Shown: positions 1-8,243 of the stretch, one piece after another
Layout of the letters: every line of letters starts with the position of its first letter
How positions within the stretch are numbered: the stretch's first letter is position 1
Assembly: GCF_008065095.1 (NCBI RefSeq)
Contig: NZ_CP042911.1
Location: 600,001 to 632,000, forward strand
Length of the DNA stretch: 32,000 bases
Source: Gemmata obscuriglobus
GTDB taxonomy: Bacteria; Planctomycetota; Planctomycetia; Gemmatales; Gemmataceae
Reading direction: 5' to 3'
Translations under genes and position numbers: made by a program
Notes under the pieces: generated by a model
What the model saw: only the letters and a program-made list of their open reading frames with translations
Databases searched by the model: none
What the model was told of the DNA's origin: nothing

Positions 1-1077
1 AGCATCGCCGTAGTAGTTCTTCGACACGAGCATCTTGCCGTCGGGGGTGGGTAGTACGCGGTTGACGCTCCCCCCGCCGTGGCGGAACCGCTGGGTGCCG
101 ATGCGGGCCACGGCCCCTTCCGGGAGCGGGTCGCCGTGACGGTCGGTGCGCTCCGGGTTCCGAACCGGCTCCTCGGGCGCGAGCGCCGCGACGGGCGACC
201 GCACCGGCGAATCGCCCGCGGGCGGTTGGTCGGCGGTCGTCGCCGCTCCGACCACCAGACCGGCGGCGAGGAGCGTCAGGACCAGCGCGCCCGTCACCAG
301 ACCGGGCCGGTTGACGCCGCCGCGGCCGATCAGCGTCAGGACGCGGTGCGACACCCCCGCGCTCGCGCCTCGTGCCAACATCCCCGCGGCCCGAACCGTG
401 GACCGCGCCAGGGCCGCCGGCACGCCGCCGCGCCCCGTCCCCTGTGTGACCGCCACCGCGGTGAGAAGTGCGGAGAGCGTGATGCCCCGGCGGGCCAGCC
501 GCCGGCGGAGGAGGTTGCGAGCTTCCGCCAGCCGGCTCGAAACGGTCCCCTCTTTTTCCCCCAGTTGGCGCGCGACCTCGGCCCGGCTCTCGCCTTCCAG
601 GCAACACGGTACGAACACGGCGCGGTACTTCTCCGGGAGGCGTTGAACCTCTTCGTCGAGAGCCGACTGCACCTCGCGCCAGGCGAACTCTTCGCCGGGT
701 GCGGTTACGGGCGCGAGGCGGGCACGCTCCTCGTGCGCGCGGCGCCGGGCCGCGGCCCGCCGGGCGCTGGCGGCCGTGCGGCAGGCGACGCCGTGGAGCC
801 AGCTTGCCAGGGCCTCGCCCTTCCGGACCGCGGCCGCGCGGCGAGCCAGCGTCAGGAACGTCGCCTGGAAGGCGTCTTCCGCGTCCTGTTCGTGGCGCAG
901 CACCCGGCGGCACACGCGGAGCACCATCGGCCCGTGGCGCTGGACCAGGGTCGTGAAGGCCGCCTCGTCGCAGTGGGCGGCGAAACCGCTCAGGAGTTCG
1001 GCGTCGGTGGCGGATGCGCCGCGGGCGGAATCCAGCCCGCGGACGTGTCCCAGGAGGGAGCTGAGGGGGGCGCTCAT
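1..1077 (-). CDS. ECF-type sigma-70 family sigma factor fused to a membrane anchor and the start of a WD40-like region (C-terminus runs off the left edge)
   Basis: Not in the ORF track because there is no stop in the window. My minus-strand translation starts at the ATG that is the complement of cat 1075-1077. 1077 is divisible by 3 and the frame stays open to position 1. Product: MSAPLSSLLGHVRGL.... Sigma region 2 'HEQDAEDAFQATFLTLARR'; region 4 HTH 'LPEKYRAVFVPCCLEGESRAEVARQLGEKEGTVSSRLAEARNLLRRRL'; hydrophobic helix 'GLVTGALVLTLLAAGLVVGAA'; then 'RIGTQRFRHGGGSVNRVLPTPDGKMLVS', typical of a first WD40 blade. Confidence 0.85.
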   Translation of the reverse strand, partial: MSAPLSSLLGHVRGLDSARGASATDAELLSGFAAHCDEAAFTTLVQRHGPMVLRVCRRVLRHEQDAEDAFQATFLTLARRAAAVRKGEALASWLHGVACRTAASARRAAARRRAHEERARLAPVTAPGEEFAWREVQSALDEEVQRLPEKYRAVFVPCCLEGESRAEVARQLGEKEGTVSSRLAEARNLLRRRLARRGITLSALLTAVAVTQGTGRGGVPAALARSTVRAAGMLARGASAGVSHRVLTLIGRGGVNRPGLVTGALVLTLLAAGLVVGAATTADQPPAGDSPVRSPVAALAPEEPVRNPERTDRHGDPLPEGAVARIGTQRFRHGGGSVNRVLPTPDGKMLVSKNYYGDA

Positions 1078-1154
1078 CGGTCGGCCTGCCGGGGTGAGTG
1101 GGCAACTCAGTGTAGTTGCCGGCCGGCCCGTTTCCGTCGGTCGATTTAGCGGGA

Positions 1155-1188
1155 CGACCTCGCGTCCGTTTCGGCGGGCGCGAGGTCG
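1155..1188 (-). terminator. GC-rich hairpin 3' of the flotillin gene (no U-tract)
   Basis: cgacctcgcg (1155-1164) pairs with cgcgaggtcg (1179-1188): 10-bp stem, 14-nt loop, 21 nt downstream of the stop at 1209-1211 on the minus strand. Confidence 0.3.
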
Positions 1189-1208
1189 CGGCTCGGAGCC
1201 GGGGGGCG

Positions 1209-2912
1209 TTACACGGCGTGCGTGCCGTTCGCGCTCGGTTTCGGCTCGGTCGAGGTGTCGCCCGTGAGCCGGGCGAAGTACTCGGGCAACTCCACCCCGC
1301 CGATGTCCTTCATCACCTGCATCATCGGCGGCATCATCTTGGCCATGTCTTTGAGGAACCCGGCGGTGTTCGAGGTGCCGGTGCCGTTCCCGCCGCCCTC
1401 CCACACCACCACCTTGTCGAACTTCACGTTCGAGATGGCCTTCGCGCTGGCCTCCGCGAGCGCGTCCATGTGCTCCAGCATGAGCAACTGGAATGCCGCC
1501 TGCGGGCTGCCGCACGCCTCAATGATCTTCTTGAGCCCCTCGCCCTTCTTCGCCAGGATCTCGAACTGCCCGCGGGCCTCGGCTTCGAGCTTGGCGTAGA
1601 TCGTCGCGGCCTGCGCCTCGGCCTCGAGCTTCACCCGCTCCGCGGCGGCCTCGGCGTCCACGATCATCTTCGCCTTTTGGGCCTTCGCGGGGGCCTCGAG
1701 CGCGGCCCGCTGCTCCGCCTCCACCTTCTCGGCCTGCGCCAGCGCGGCCCGCGCCAGCGCCCGGTTCTGCGCTTCGAGGACCGCGGCCTCGGCCTCGCGC
1801 TTTTTGGTCTCGGCGAGCTGGTACGCCTCCGCGTTGCGGACCGCGAGCGTGGCCTGCGCCCCGGCCACGTCCGCCTGCGCGACGGCCTCGCCGGTCACCG
1901 CCTTCGCGTTGGCCTCGGCCAGCCGCACCCGCTTGTCGCGCTCGGCCTCGGCGATCCGGGCCTCCCGCTCGAACACCGCCTGCTGCTCGCCGACCCGCTG
2001 GTCGCGGTCCAGTTCGGCGATGCGGATCGCCTGCTGGCGCTGGGCCTCTTTGATGAGCGCGTCCTGCTCGAGCTGCGCCGTCTGCTCGCCGACCTCGCGG
2101 TCCTTTTCGAGCTGCGCCACCTTGATGGCCTGCTCGCGGGTCGCCTCGCGGGTGCCGATCTCGCGCACCTTTGTCGCGTTCGCTACGGAGATGGCCCGCT
2201 CGCGCTCCGCCTCCGCGACGCCGATCTGCCCCTTCTTCTCCTGCTCCGCGACATCGATCTTGGCCTGCTGGATCGCGATCGCCGCGGCCTTGCGGCCGAT
2301 GGCCTCGATGTACCCGCTCTCGTCGGTGATGTCGGTGATGTTCACGTTGATGAGCACCAGCCCGATCTTCTTCAGCTCCGGCTCCAGCGACTTCTGGACG
2401 CTCTCCAGGAACTTGTCGCGGTCGCGGTTGATGTCCTCGATCCGCATCGACGCGATCACCTGCCGGAGCTGCCCGAAGATGATGTCCCGGGCCTGCTCCT
2501 TGATCTCCTGCGTGCCGAGGTCGAGGAGGCGGATCGCGGCGTTCTGCATGGTCTCGGGGTCGGTGCCGATCGCGACCGTGAACACGCTGGGGACGTTCAC
2601 CCGGATGTTCTCGATCGACAGCGCGCCCTTGAGCGGCACCTCGATCTGGATCGGGTCCAGGTTGAGGTACGAGTAGTCCTGGATCAGCGGGACCACGAAC
2701 GCGGCGCCGCCGTGGACGCACTTGGCCGCGTTCCCGCCGCCGGTCTTGCCGTAGATAACCAGGACGCGGTTGCTCGGGCACCGCTTGTACCGCTTCGCGA
2801 CCAGCATCAGCAGCCCGAAGAGGACCAGCCCGGCCGCCAGCGCGGTGATCGCCGGCCACGGCACCTCCGCCGGGACGGGCTTTTGTTGCGCCAGGAGCGT
2901 GTGCGTGAGCAT
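1209..2912 (-). CDS. Flotillin-like SPFH/band-7 domain protein
   Basis: 567-aa ORF. N-terminal TM 'WPAITALAAGLVLFGLLMLVA'. SPFH core 'RVLVIYGK...AAFVVPLIQDYSYLNLDPIQIEVPL...IRVNVPSVFTVAI'. About 250 aa of Ala/Glu/Lys/Gln-rich coiled coil, as in flotillins. GC-rich third codon positions. Confidence 0.9.
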   Translation of the reverse strand: MLTHTLLAQQKPVPAEVPWPAITALAAGLVLFGLLMLVAKRYKRCPSNRVLVIYGKTGGGNAAKCVHGGAAFVVPLIQDYSYLNLDPIQIEVPLKGALSIENIRVNVPSVFTVAIGTDPETMQNAAIRLLDLGTQEIKEQARDIIFGQLRQVIASMRIEDINRDRDKFLESVQKSLEPELKKIGLVLINVNITDITDESGYIEAIGRKAAAIAIQQAKIDVAEQEKKGQIGVAEAERERAISVANATKVREIGTREATREQAIKVAQLEKDREVGEQTAQLEQDALIKEAQRQQAIRIAELDRDQRVGEQQAVFEREARIAEAERDKRVRLAEANAKAVTGEAVAQADVAGAQATLAVRNAEAYQLAETKKREAEAAVLEAQNRALARAALAQAEKVEAEQRAALEAPAKAQKAKMIVDAEAAAERVKLEAEAQAATIYAKLEAEARGQFEILAKKGEGLKKIIEACGSPQAAFQLLMLEHMDALAEASAKAISNVKFDKVVVWEGGGNGTGTSNTAGFLKDMAKMMPPMMQVMKDIGGVELPEYFARLTGDTSTEPKPSANGTHAV

Positions 2913-2933
2913 GAGAGGAACTCCGGGTGATGG

Positions 2934-3494
2934 TTACGCCGGCTCGACTTCGACGGTGTCCGCGCTGACGACGGCGACGACCTTGACCGGGCGGCCGGTG
3001 GGCAACTCGCCGCCCGCGGTCACGGCCTGGTACTCGACGGTCCGGTTCTGGAGCGCGAGGTGAACTTTACCGGACCCGGCCCGTTCGCCCGGGACCCGCA
3101 GGTAGACCGTCCCGGTGGTGCCCACCGCCCGCTCGACGCGCACCGTGCCATCGGACCGGAGGCGCTTCATCGCCCGCAGCGCGGTCGCGACGAGGTAAAG
3201 CACACCGGCCCCCGCGCCGAGGGCGGTGCCGAACGCCGCCAGTTCGTCGGCCCCGTAGTAGCGGGCGGTCATGCCGCCGAGGCCGAAGAACAGGAGCGCC
3301 GACGTGAGCGCGCGGACGGACAGCATTCCGAACAGCGCATTGCCGTGCCCGTCGTCGCCGGCGTCGTGGTCGGCGTCCGTGTCGGTGTCGTGATCGACAT
3401 CGTGTTCGCTGCCGAAGCCGAACAGCCCCGCGACCAGCAGGCACACGACGAGCGTACCGCCGGTGATCGCACACACCAGGAACACGGTTTCCAT
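2934..3494 (-). CDS. NfeD/YqiJ-like membrane protein (flotillin partner)
   Basis: I use the in-frame ATG at 3494 of track ORF 2934..4256; the upstream 254 codons are Arg/Pro-rich and not protein-like. GGAGG (complement of 3499-3503) lies 4 nt before the ATG. Product METVFLVCAITGGTLVVCLLVAGLFGF..., with an acidic His/Asp loop 'SEHDVDHDTDTDADHDAGDDGHG', more TM helices, and a C-terminal OB-like 'GTTGTVYLRVPGERAGSGKVHLALQNRTVEYQAV...GRPVKVVAVVSADTVEVEP'. Its stop is 21 nt upstream of the flotillin start, the classic nfeD-flotillin order. Confidence 0.8.
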   Translation of the reverse strand: METVFLVCAITGGTLVVCLLVAGLFGFGSEHDVDHDTDTDADHDAGDDGHGNALFGMLSVRALTSALLFFGLGGMTARYYGADELAAFGTALGAGAGVLYLVATALRAMKRLRSDGTVRVERAVGTTGTVYLRVPGERAGSGKVHLALQNRTVEYQAVTAGGELPTGRPVKVVAVVSADTVEVEPA

Positions 3495-3851
3495 GTGGCC
3501 TCCGCCGGGTCCGGTCAGAAGAGGGACGCTGCTACCGGGGCATTCGTCGGAACACTGTGATGATTTGGGAAGATCCGGCCGGGAGCAACAGAAATGCGCC
3601 AGCTGCCCAATCGAATAAGCCGGCGCCACCGGCATAAGCCGCAAAGAAGTCACGCGCCGGGCGTTAGCAGGCGGGGCCGCCGTTTCCCGTTCGGGCGCGT
3701 GCCTTGGTGTTCTCTGCGGAGCGCGGTCATCTTGCCCGCCTGGGTCACCCGGTGGCATCGCAACACCAGCGCGCGTGTACCGTATTCGTGCGCGTCGCCA
3801 GGCGGCCGGGACGGCCGCGCTCCACAGAGCGAACCTGTTGCCTGCGGCCCG

Positions 3852-3882
3852 CTTGAAACGACTGGACTTCAGTCGTTTCAAG
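3852..3882. repeat. Perfect 12-bp inverted repeat built from a recurring CTTGAAACGNCTGGA box
   Basis: cttgaaacgact (3852-3863) and agtcgtttcaag (3871-3882). Related direct copies: cttgaaacggctgga at 3975-3989 and gttgaaaccgtggac at 4330-4344. Confidence 0.7.
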
Positions 3883-4262
3883 TTCGGGCGGCGTTGGTAA
3901 TCGGCCGTGAGATCGGAACACGCCGAGGTGCCCCCGCCGGCTGACGCCGGCGGGTGGCGCACACACTTGACGAACTTGAAACGGCTGGAGTCGGTGTGAG
4001 GCGCCGCTCTCATTTGGCGCCCGCCTTCAACCCTCGCGCGGGCCGCGCGTGCGGCTCCCGGGTCACGCGCCCGACCGGACTGGATAAAGAGTCGCGGCCC
4101 GGGGGGGGGCCTCCGGCGGTCGGCGCCCGGAACGTTGAACCGGGAGGCCGAGTTTTCCGCGGCGCGATTCATGGTGGGGCGGAACTGATTGTCGGGCAAG
4201 GAAAAAGTGACCGGTGCGGCGCAGACTGTCTTGCGAGTTGGCGAGGGGCGCGACATAATTCA

Positions 4263-4300
4263 CCTCACCTTCGACCGCCGAGATCGGGATGAAGGTGAGG
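4263..4300 (+). promoter_or_regulatory. 10-bp hairpin in the presumed 5' leader of the Clp-N gene
   Basis: cctcaccttc (4263-4272) pairs with gaaggtgagg (4291-4300), 18-nt loop. It ends 38 nt before the GTG at 4339. Confidence 0.3.
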
Positions 4301-4338
4301 GGTCCGAGCCGCTGCAATAGACGGGAACGGTTGAAACC

Positions 4339-4833
4339 GTGGACGACATATTTCTTCCGAGTGGTCGTCTCCGCCCGGACATCTTGGACGAGGCCACCGC
4401 GCGCGTGCTGCGCGAGGCGCTCGGCCACACCCGGGCCACGAACTGGGACAGTGTCCGCACCCCCCACCTCTTTATGGGGCTGCTGGCCGCCCCGGACTCC
4501 GGCGTATTTAAGTGGGCCGGCAAGCTCGGGGCCGACCTGCCCGGGCTGCTCGACCAGTTCCGCGACCTGTTCCACCAGCCGAACGCCGAACCGGTCCCGC
4601 CGCTGCTGCTCAACCGCGAGTTCCTGTCGGACAACGTGATCCGCCTCCTGCGCGACGCCTACGGTCGGGCCTACGACTGCGGCCGCGGGATCGTCACGCC
4701 GATGGACCTGCTCATCACCCTGTTCACCACCCCGAACAGTATCGTCGCCGAGTGCTTCGAGCGGATCGGGGTGACCGCGGCCAAGCTCACCGAACTCGCC
4801 GTTCTTGCCGAGAAAGATGTGCCGGCGAAATAG
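4339..4833 (+). CDS. Stand-alone Clp N-terminal (Clp R) repeat domain protein
   Basis: 164-aa ORF with a GTG start. Two Clp_N-like repeats: 'LDEATARVLREALGHTRATNWDSVRTPHLFMGLLAAPDS' and 'LSDNVIRLLRDAYGRAYDCGRGIVTPMDLLITLFTTPNS'. No AAA+ module follows. Very GC-rich third positions. Confidence 0.75.
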   Translation: MDDIFLPSGRLRPDILDEATARVLREALGHTRATNWDSVRTPHLFMGLLAAPDSGVFKWAGKLGADLPGLLDQFRDLFHQPNAEPVPPLLLNREFLSDNVIRLLRDAYGRAYDCGRGIVTPMDLLITLFTTPNSIVAECFERIGVTAAKLTELAVLAEKDVPAK

Positions 4834-4840
4834 TGTGTCC

Positions 4841-4908
4841 GCGTGTGTGAGAAGAGGCGGGCGCCCGGGCCGACATCGGCCCGGGCGCCCGCCTCTTCTC
4901 ACACACGC
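4841..4908 (+). terminator. Very long perfect hairpin 8 nt after the Clp-N stop (no U-tract)
   Basis: gcgtgtgtgagaagaggcgggcgcccgggccga (4841-4873) is the exact reverse complement of tcggcccgggcgcccgcctcttctcacacacgc (4876-4908): 33-nt arms with only 2 nt between them. Confidence 0.6.
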
Positions 4909-5064
4909 ATTCACGCCCTGAAATCTGCCCCCGTCTCAATCCTCAGAAACCGCCGCTTTTTCGCCCGCCCGGTGCCGCACCGGCGGCCCGGCGTGAACTA
5001 GGCTCCCCACATCTGAGATTGCCTGGACGGGGCCGCGCCCGGCGCGGCCCGGGAGCACCGCGCC

Positions 5065-8028
5065 ATGAAAGTGGGGAGTTACGAGAACCGACGGGGGCGC
5101 CGCGGGACCATCCTGCCGCTGCTCGGGGTGTGTTTGATCGGGCTGTTCGGGTTCGTCGCGCTGGCGGTGGACCTGGGCATGCTGGCGGTGTCCCGCACCC
5201 AGAGCCAGAACGGGGCCGACGTGGCCGCGCTGGTGGGCACCCGCACGCTCAACAACCGGGACGGGGTCGCCTACAACAACCTGCCGGCGGCCGTCACCGC
5301 GGCCCAGGCGTCGGTGACCAGCAACCCGCACCTGAGCACCAACTTCGTGAGCGGCGAGGTCAGCAAGATGGAGGTGGGGCAGTACCTCTACGACCCCACC
5401 AGCCAGACGTTCCAGGTGCAGAACTGGACGCAGGTCACCGGGGGCGGCGCGATGAGCGCGCCGGGCGGCAACTCGTGGACCGCGATGCGGGTCACCCTGG
5501 GCGTGTCGCAGCCCACGTACTTCATGCGGGTGTTCGGCGTCAACTCGATGCCCAGCGGGGCGGTCGCGACGGCCGTGTACCGCCCCCGCGACATCGCGTT
5601 CGTGCTCGACATGACCGGCTCGATGGCGTTCAGCAGCACGTTTAACAGCGGCAACGCGCAGGGCTCCTCGTCCGACTACCAGTCGATGAACCCGGACCCG
5701 CTCGTGCCGAAGGCCGGGCACTACACCACGGTCCAGAGCCGCATCGTCGCGGCCGATAACCTGGCCAACAGCTCCAACGAGGCGCTGCCGCGGAACAACT
5801 TCACGATCACCACGCCGGGCGGCCCGCCGATCGTCCGCTCGTACTACTACGACCCGAGCAACTGGGGCACCCCGAGCACCGTCGCCTCCCCCGTCACCAC
5901 GAAGGGCGACGGGAGCGCGAACCTGCTGCCCGCGTTCCACCGCTGGTCCCCGCCCGAGAGCGGCGCGGACTCGGACAACTACATCGCCCCGACGTACAAC
6001 TTCGCCGGCTACAACGCGTTTCACAAGGGGAACGAGACCACCCCCCAGGGGCCGACGCCCGCCCCCGACACCTACGGCACGATGACCGACGCGTCGGGCC
6101 TCACCTACACCGGTGACCGGTGGCGGCGGCGCGACGGGCGCATCGACAAGACCACGACCGACTGGAGCAGCACGAACAACCGCGCCGCGTACCACGCGGC
6201 CGACCTGCTCGGGTACACGAACTCGACGCCCCCCACGTCCGCCATGGGGCTGAACCCGGCGTTCGCGACCACGTGGCTGAACTTCCGTGACCCGGTGTGG
6301 GAGACGCACGGCTACGACCTGGACATCGTGAAGTACCGCGCCGCCCGGAACGGGGCCAACAACTGCCCGCTCAACCCGACGACGTACCTCGCCTCGACCG
6401 GGCTCGGGGTCCTGAGCAACATCCTGGTGCCGACCGCGGACCGGTTCGTCGGGTACTCGATGGGGCCGGGGTACTGGGGCAAGACGTTCTACATCTGGCC
6501 GCCCGACCCCCGCACCCCGGTGGGCAACCCGGGCGACGCGGGCCACGTGGCCGGCGACTGGCGGCAGCGGTTCTTCTTCAACCGCAGCGGCGGCGCGCTC
6601 GACCCGCAGAACGACAACAACACCACCAACACCGCCGGCACCACCGACCACATCAACAACGCGGTGTTCAACACCGGTTCGTCCGGTCAGACGATTAACT
6701 CGGCCGCGGTGGTGAACTACGCGGCGGTGCTGAAGTGGATCAAGAGCGGGCCGCAGGTGCTCCCGCCGAACCTGCGGGCCGGCCGGGTGGTGTACTACAC
6801 GTCCATCCCGGACGACGTGAACACGGCCACCGGGACCACCGCCCAGAAGCTCGATAAGGGGTTCTGGAAGCTGTACATCGACTACGTGCTGGGCACCGGC
6901 AGCTACACCTCAGCCGACAACCTGTACGGGGTGGCGGACAGTTGGTCGGCCAGCGCCGCGTCGATCACCACCAGCGACATGACCACCTACAAGTTCACCT
7001 GGGAGACGGGGGCGGCCACCCGCCCGTACATGCGGTACACCGACAGCCCGCTGCGCCCGCGGCTGCACCTGTGGTTCGGGCCGCTGTCGATGATGGACTT
7101 CCTGGCGTCGGCGACCGGCAGCAACTGGACCGCGGGCACCGTGTACGAGGCCCAGTGCTGGCAGCTCAAGGCCGGTGTGAACGCGGTGCTCGACGACGTG
7201 AAGAACAACCACCCGAACGACTACAGCGGGCTGGTGTACTTCGCCACCAGCCAGCACAACGGGGTGCGGATCCCGCTGAGCCAGAACTACAAGCGGATCC
7301 AGAACGCGCTGTTCTACCCGCGGGACCTGGTGGACACGATCACCAACGGGGACGTGACCAGCGAGTACCGGCCGTACACCAACACGTCACTCGGCGGGTA
7401 CAACCAGGCCATCATCCCGAACTCCTCCGGGGGCACCGACCCGGCCACCGGGTTGGGGTACGCGTTTAACCTGTTATCGCCGTCCACCATCACAGCCGCG
7501 AAATCGGTCGGGACCGGCAACGGTCGCCGCGGGGCGCAGAAGATCGTGATCTTCGAGACCGACGGGGTGCCCAACAGCTACCGGGTGCCGACGTTCAACG
7601 CCCGGGGGTACAACTCGTACTACACGCTCGCCGGCAGCGTCACCAGCGGAAACAACGGGGACACCACCGGGATCAACCACGCGTACAGCGTGATCCAGCA
7701 GATCGTGAAGCAGATGGCCTCGACCGCCACAACCTCGGGCGGGGGCGCCGACAGCGGGCTCTCGCTGCCCAACGCCCCGGCCCGGGTGTACCCGATCGCG
7801 TTTGGGGACCTGTTCGACGAGGTGCTGGCCCCGAACGCCACGTTCCGCCCGACCGCCAACCAGTTCCTCGCGAACTGCGCGGCCTACGGCGGCACCGGCA
7901 CCACCGGCGCGACCCAGTTGCCGGACGCCCAGATCATCACCGGCAGCTACGACCAGCGCATCAACCGGCTCCGCGACTGCCTCGAACGCATCTTCCAGAG
8001 CGGCGTGTCCGTCGTGCTCATCGAGTAG
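5065..8028 (+). CDS. TadG-like N-terminus + von Willebrand factor A (vWA) domain protein, 987 aa
   Basis: N-terminus 'RRGTILPLLGVCLIGLFGFVALAVDLGMLAVSRTQSQNGADVAALVGTR' matches the TadE/G-like Flp-pilus assembly signature. MIDAS-type 'DIAFVLDMTGSM'. Late vWA elements: 'LVYFATSQHNGVRIPLSQNYKRIQNAL', 'KIVIFETDGVPNS', 'RVYPIAFGD'. GGGAG lies 9 nt upstream of the ATG. Confidence 0.85.
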   Translation: MKVGSYENRRGRRGTILPLLGVCLIGLFGFVALAVDLGMLAVSRTQSQNGADVAALVGTRTLNNRDGVAYNNLPAAVTAAQASVTSNPHLSTNFVSGEVSKMEVGQYLYDPTSQTFQVQNWTQVTGGGAMSAPGGNSWTAMRVTLGVSQPTYFMRVFGVNSMPSGAVATAVYRPRDIAFVLDMTGSMAFSSTFNSGNAQGSSSDYQSMNPDPLVPKAGHYTTVQSRIVAADNLANSSNEALPRNNFTITTPGGPPIVRSYYYDPSNWGTPSTVASPVTTKGDGSANLLPAFHRWSPPESGADSDNYIAPTYNFAGYNAFHKGNETTPQGPTPAPDTYGTMTDASGLTYTGDRWRRRDGRIDKTTTDWSSTNNRAAYHAADLLGYTNSTPPTSAMGLNPAFATTWLNFRDPVWETHGYDLDIVKYRAARNGANNCPLNPTTYLASTGLGVLSNILVPTADRFVGYSMGPGYWGKTFYIWPPDPRTPVGNPGDAGHVAGDWRQRFFFNRSGGALDPQNDNNTTNTAGTTDHINNAVFNTGSSGQTINSAAVVNYAAVLKWIKSGPQVLPPNLRAGRVVYYTSIPDDVNTATGTTAQKLDKGFWKLYIDYVLGTGSYTSADNLYGVADSWSASAASITTSDMTTYKFTWETGAATRPYMRYTDSPLRPRLHLWFGPLSMMDFLASATGSNWTAGTVYEAQCWQLKAGVNAVLDDVKNNHPNDYSGLVYFATSQHNGVRIPLSQNYKRIQNALFYPRDLVDTITNGDVTSEYRPYTNTSLGGYNQAIIPNSSGGTDPATGLGYAFNLLSPSTITAAKSVGTGNGRRGAQKIVIFETDGVPNSYRVPTFNARGYNSYYTLAGSVTSGNNGDTTGINHAYSVIQQIVKQMASTATTSGGGADSGLSLPNAPARVYPIAFGDLFDEVLAPNATFRPTANQFLANCAAYGGTGTTGATQLPDAQIITGSYDQRINRLRDCLERIFQSGVSVVLIE

Positions 8029-8040
8029 CCGGCGGATCGA

Positions 8041-8162
8041 GAAGAGTATTCACCGCCGAGGGCACGAGCGGGCGCAGAGAGAAGACCAAAAGAGTTGAGC
8101 CGTTCTCACTCTTTTGGTCTTCTCTCTGCGCCCTCTCGTGCCCTCGGCGCTGAACACTCTTT
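8041..8162. repeat. About 120-nt imperfect palindrome (REP-like / terminator hairpin) after the TadG/vWA gene
   Basis: The core arms gccgagggcacgagcgggcgcagagagaagaccaaaagagt (8055-8095) and actcttttggtcttctctctgcgccctctcgtgccctcggc (8108-8148) differ at one position. Pairing continues outward with two more mismatches (gaagagtattcacc / gctgaacactcttt). The loop is 12 nt. Confidence 0.65.
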
Positions 8163-8243
8163 GTCTTCTGGTTTCTGTGCCGGCTCAAAATGTGAGCTAT
8201 GTTACCAGTCAGTAACGGGTGTTAACTTCCGGAGGCGCCGACC

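Noticed and set aside
79-2930. Long + strand ORFs 79..1149 (356 aa) and 1116..2930 (604 aa)
   Set aside because: Arg/Pro/Gly/Leu-rich and low-complexity. They lie exactly antisense to the sigma-factor and flotillin genes, which have clear motifs. These are typical high-GC shadow ORFs.
3852-3882. HspR/HAIR-type heat-shock operator (CTTGAGT-N7-ACTCAAG) upstream of a Clp-related gene
   Set aside because: Only the CTTGA/TCAAG ends agree; the spacing and inner bases differ. The site is about 450 nt from the start codon. I kept it as a generic repeated box, not as HAIR.
4176-4196. ggggcggaactgattgtcggg resembles the 5' end of tmRNA (GGGGCUGAUUCUGGAUUCGACGGG)
   Set aside because: A tmRNA would need about 350 nt and a tRNA-like 3' end (GGUUCGA...CCA). 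That span runs into the well-supported Clp-N CDS, and I see no T-arm or ACCA end.
4936-6651. 571-aa minus-strand ORF, plus other long shadows: 8558..10633(-), 12134..13789(+), 18659..20188(-), 23429..25252(-), 24304..25347(+ extension), 21735..22214(+ extension)
   Set aside because: All are Arg/Gly/Pro/Val-rich with no motifs. They overlap CDSs with strong family signatures on the other strand or frame, or are mere upstream extensions of real genes before a better start with an SD.
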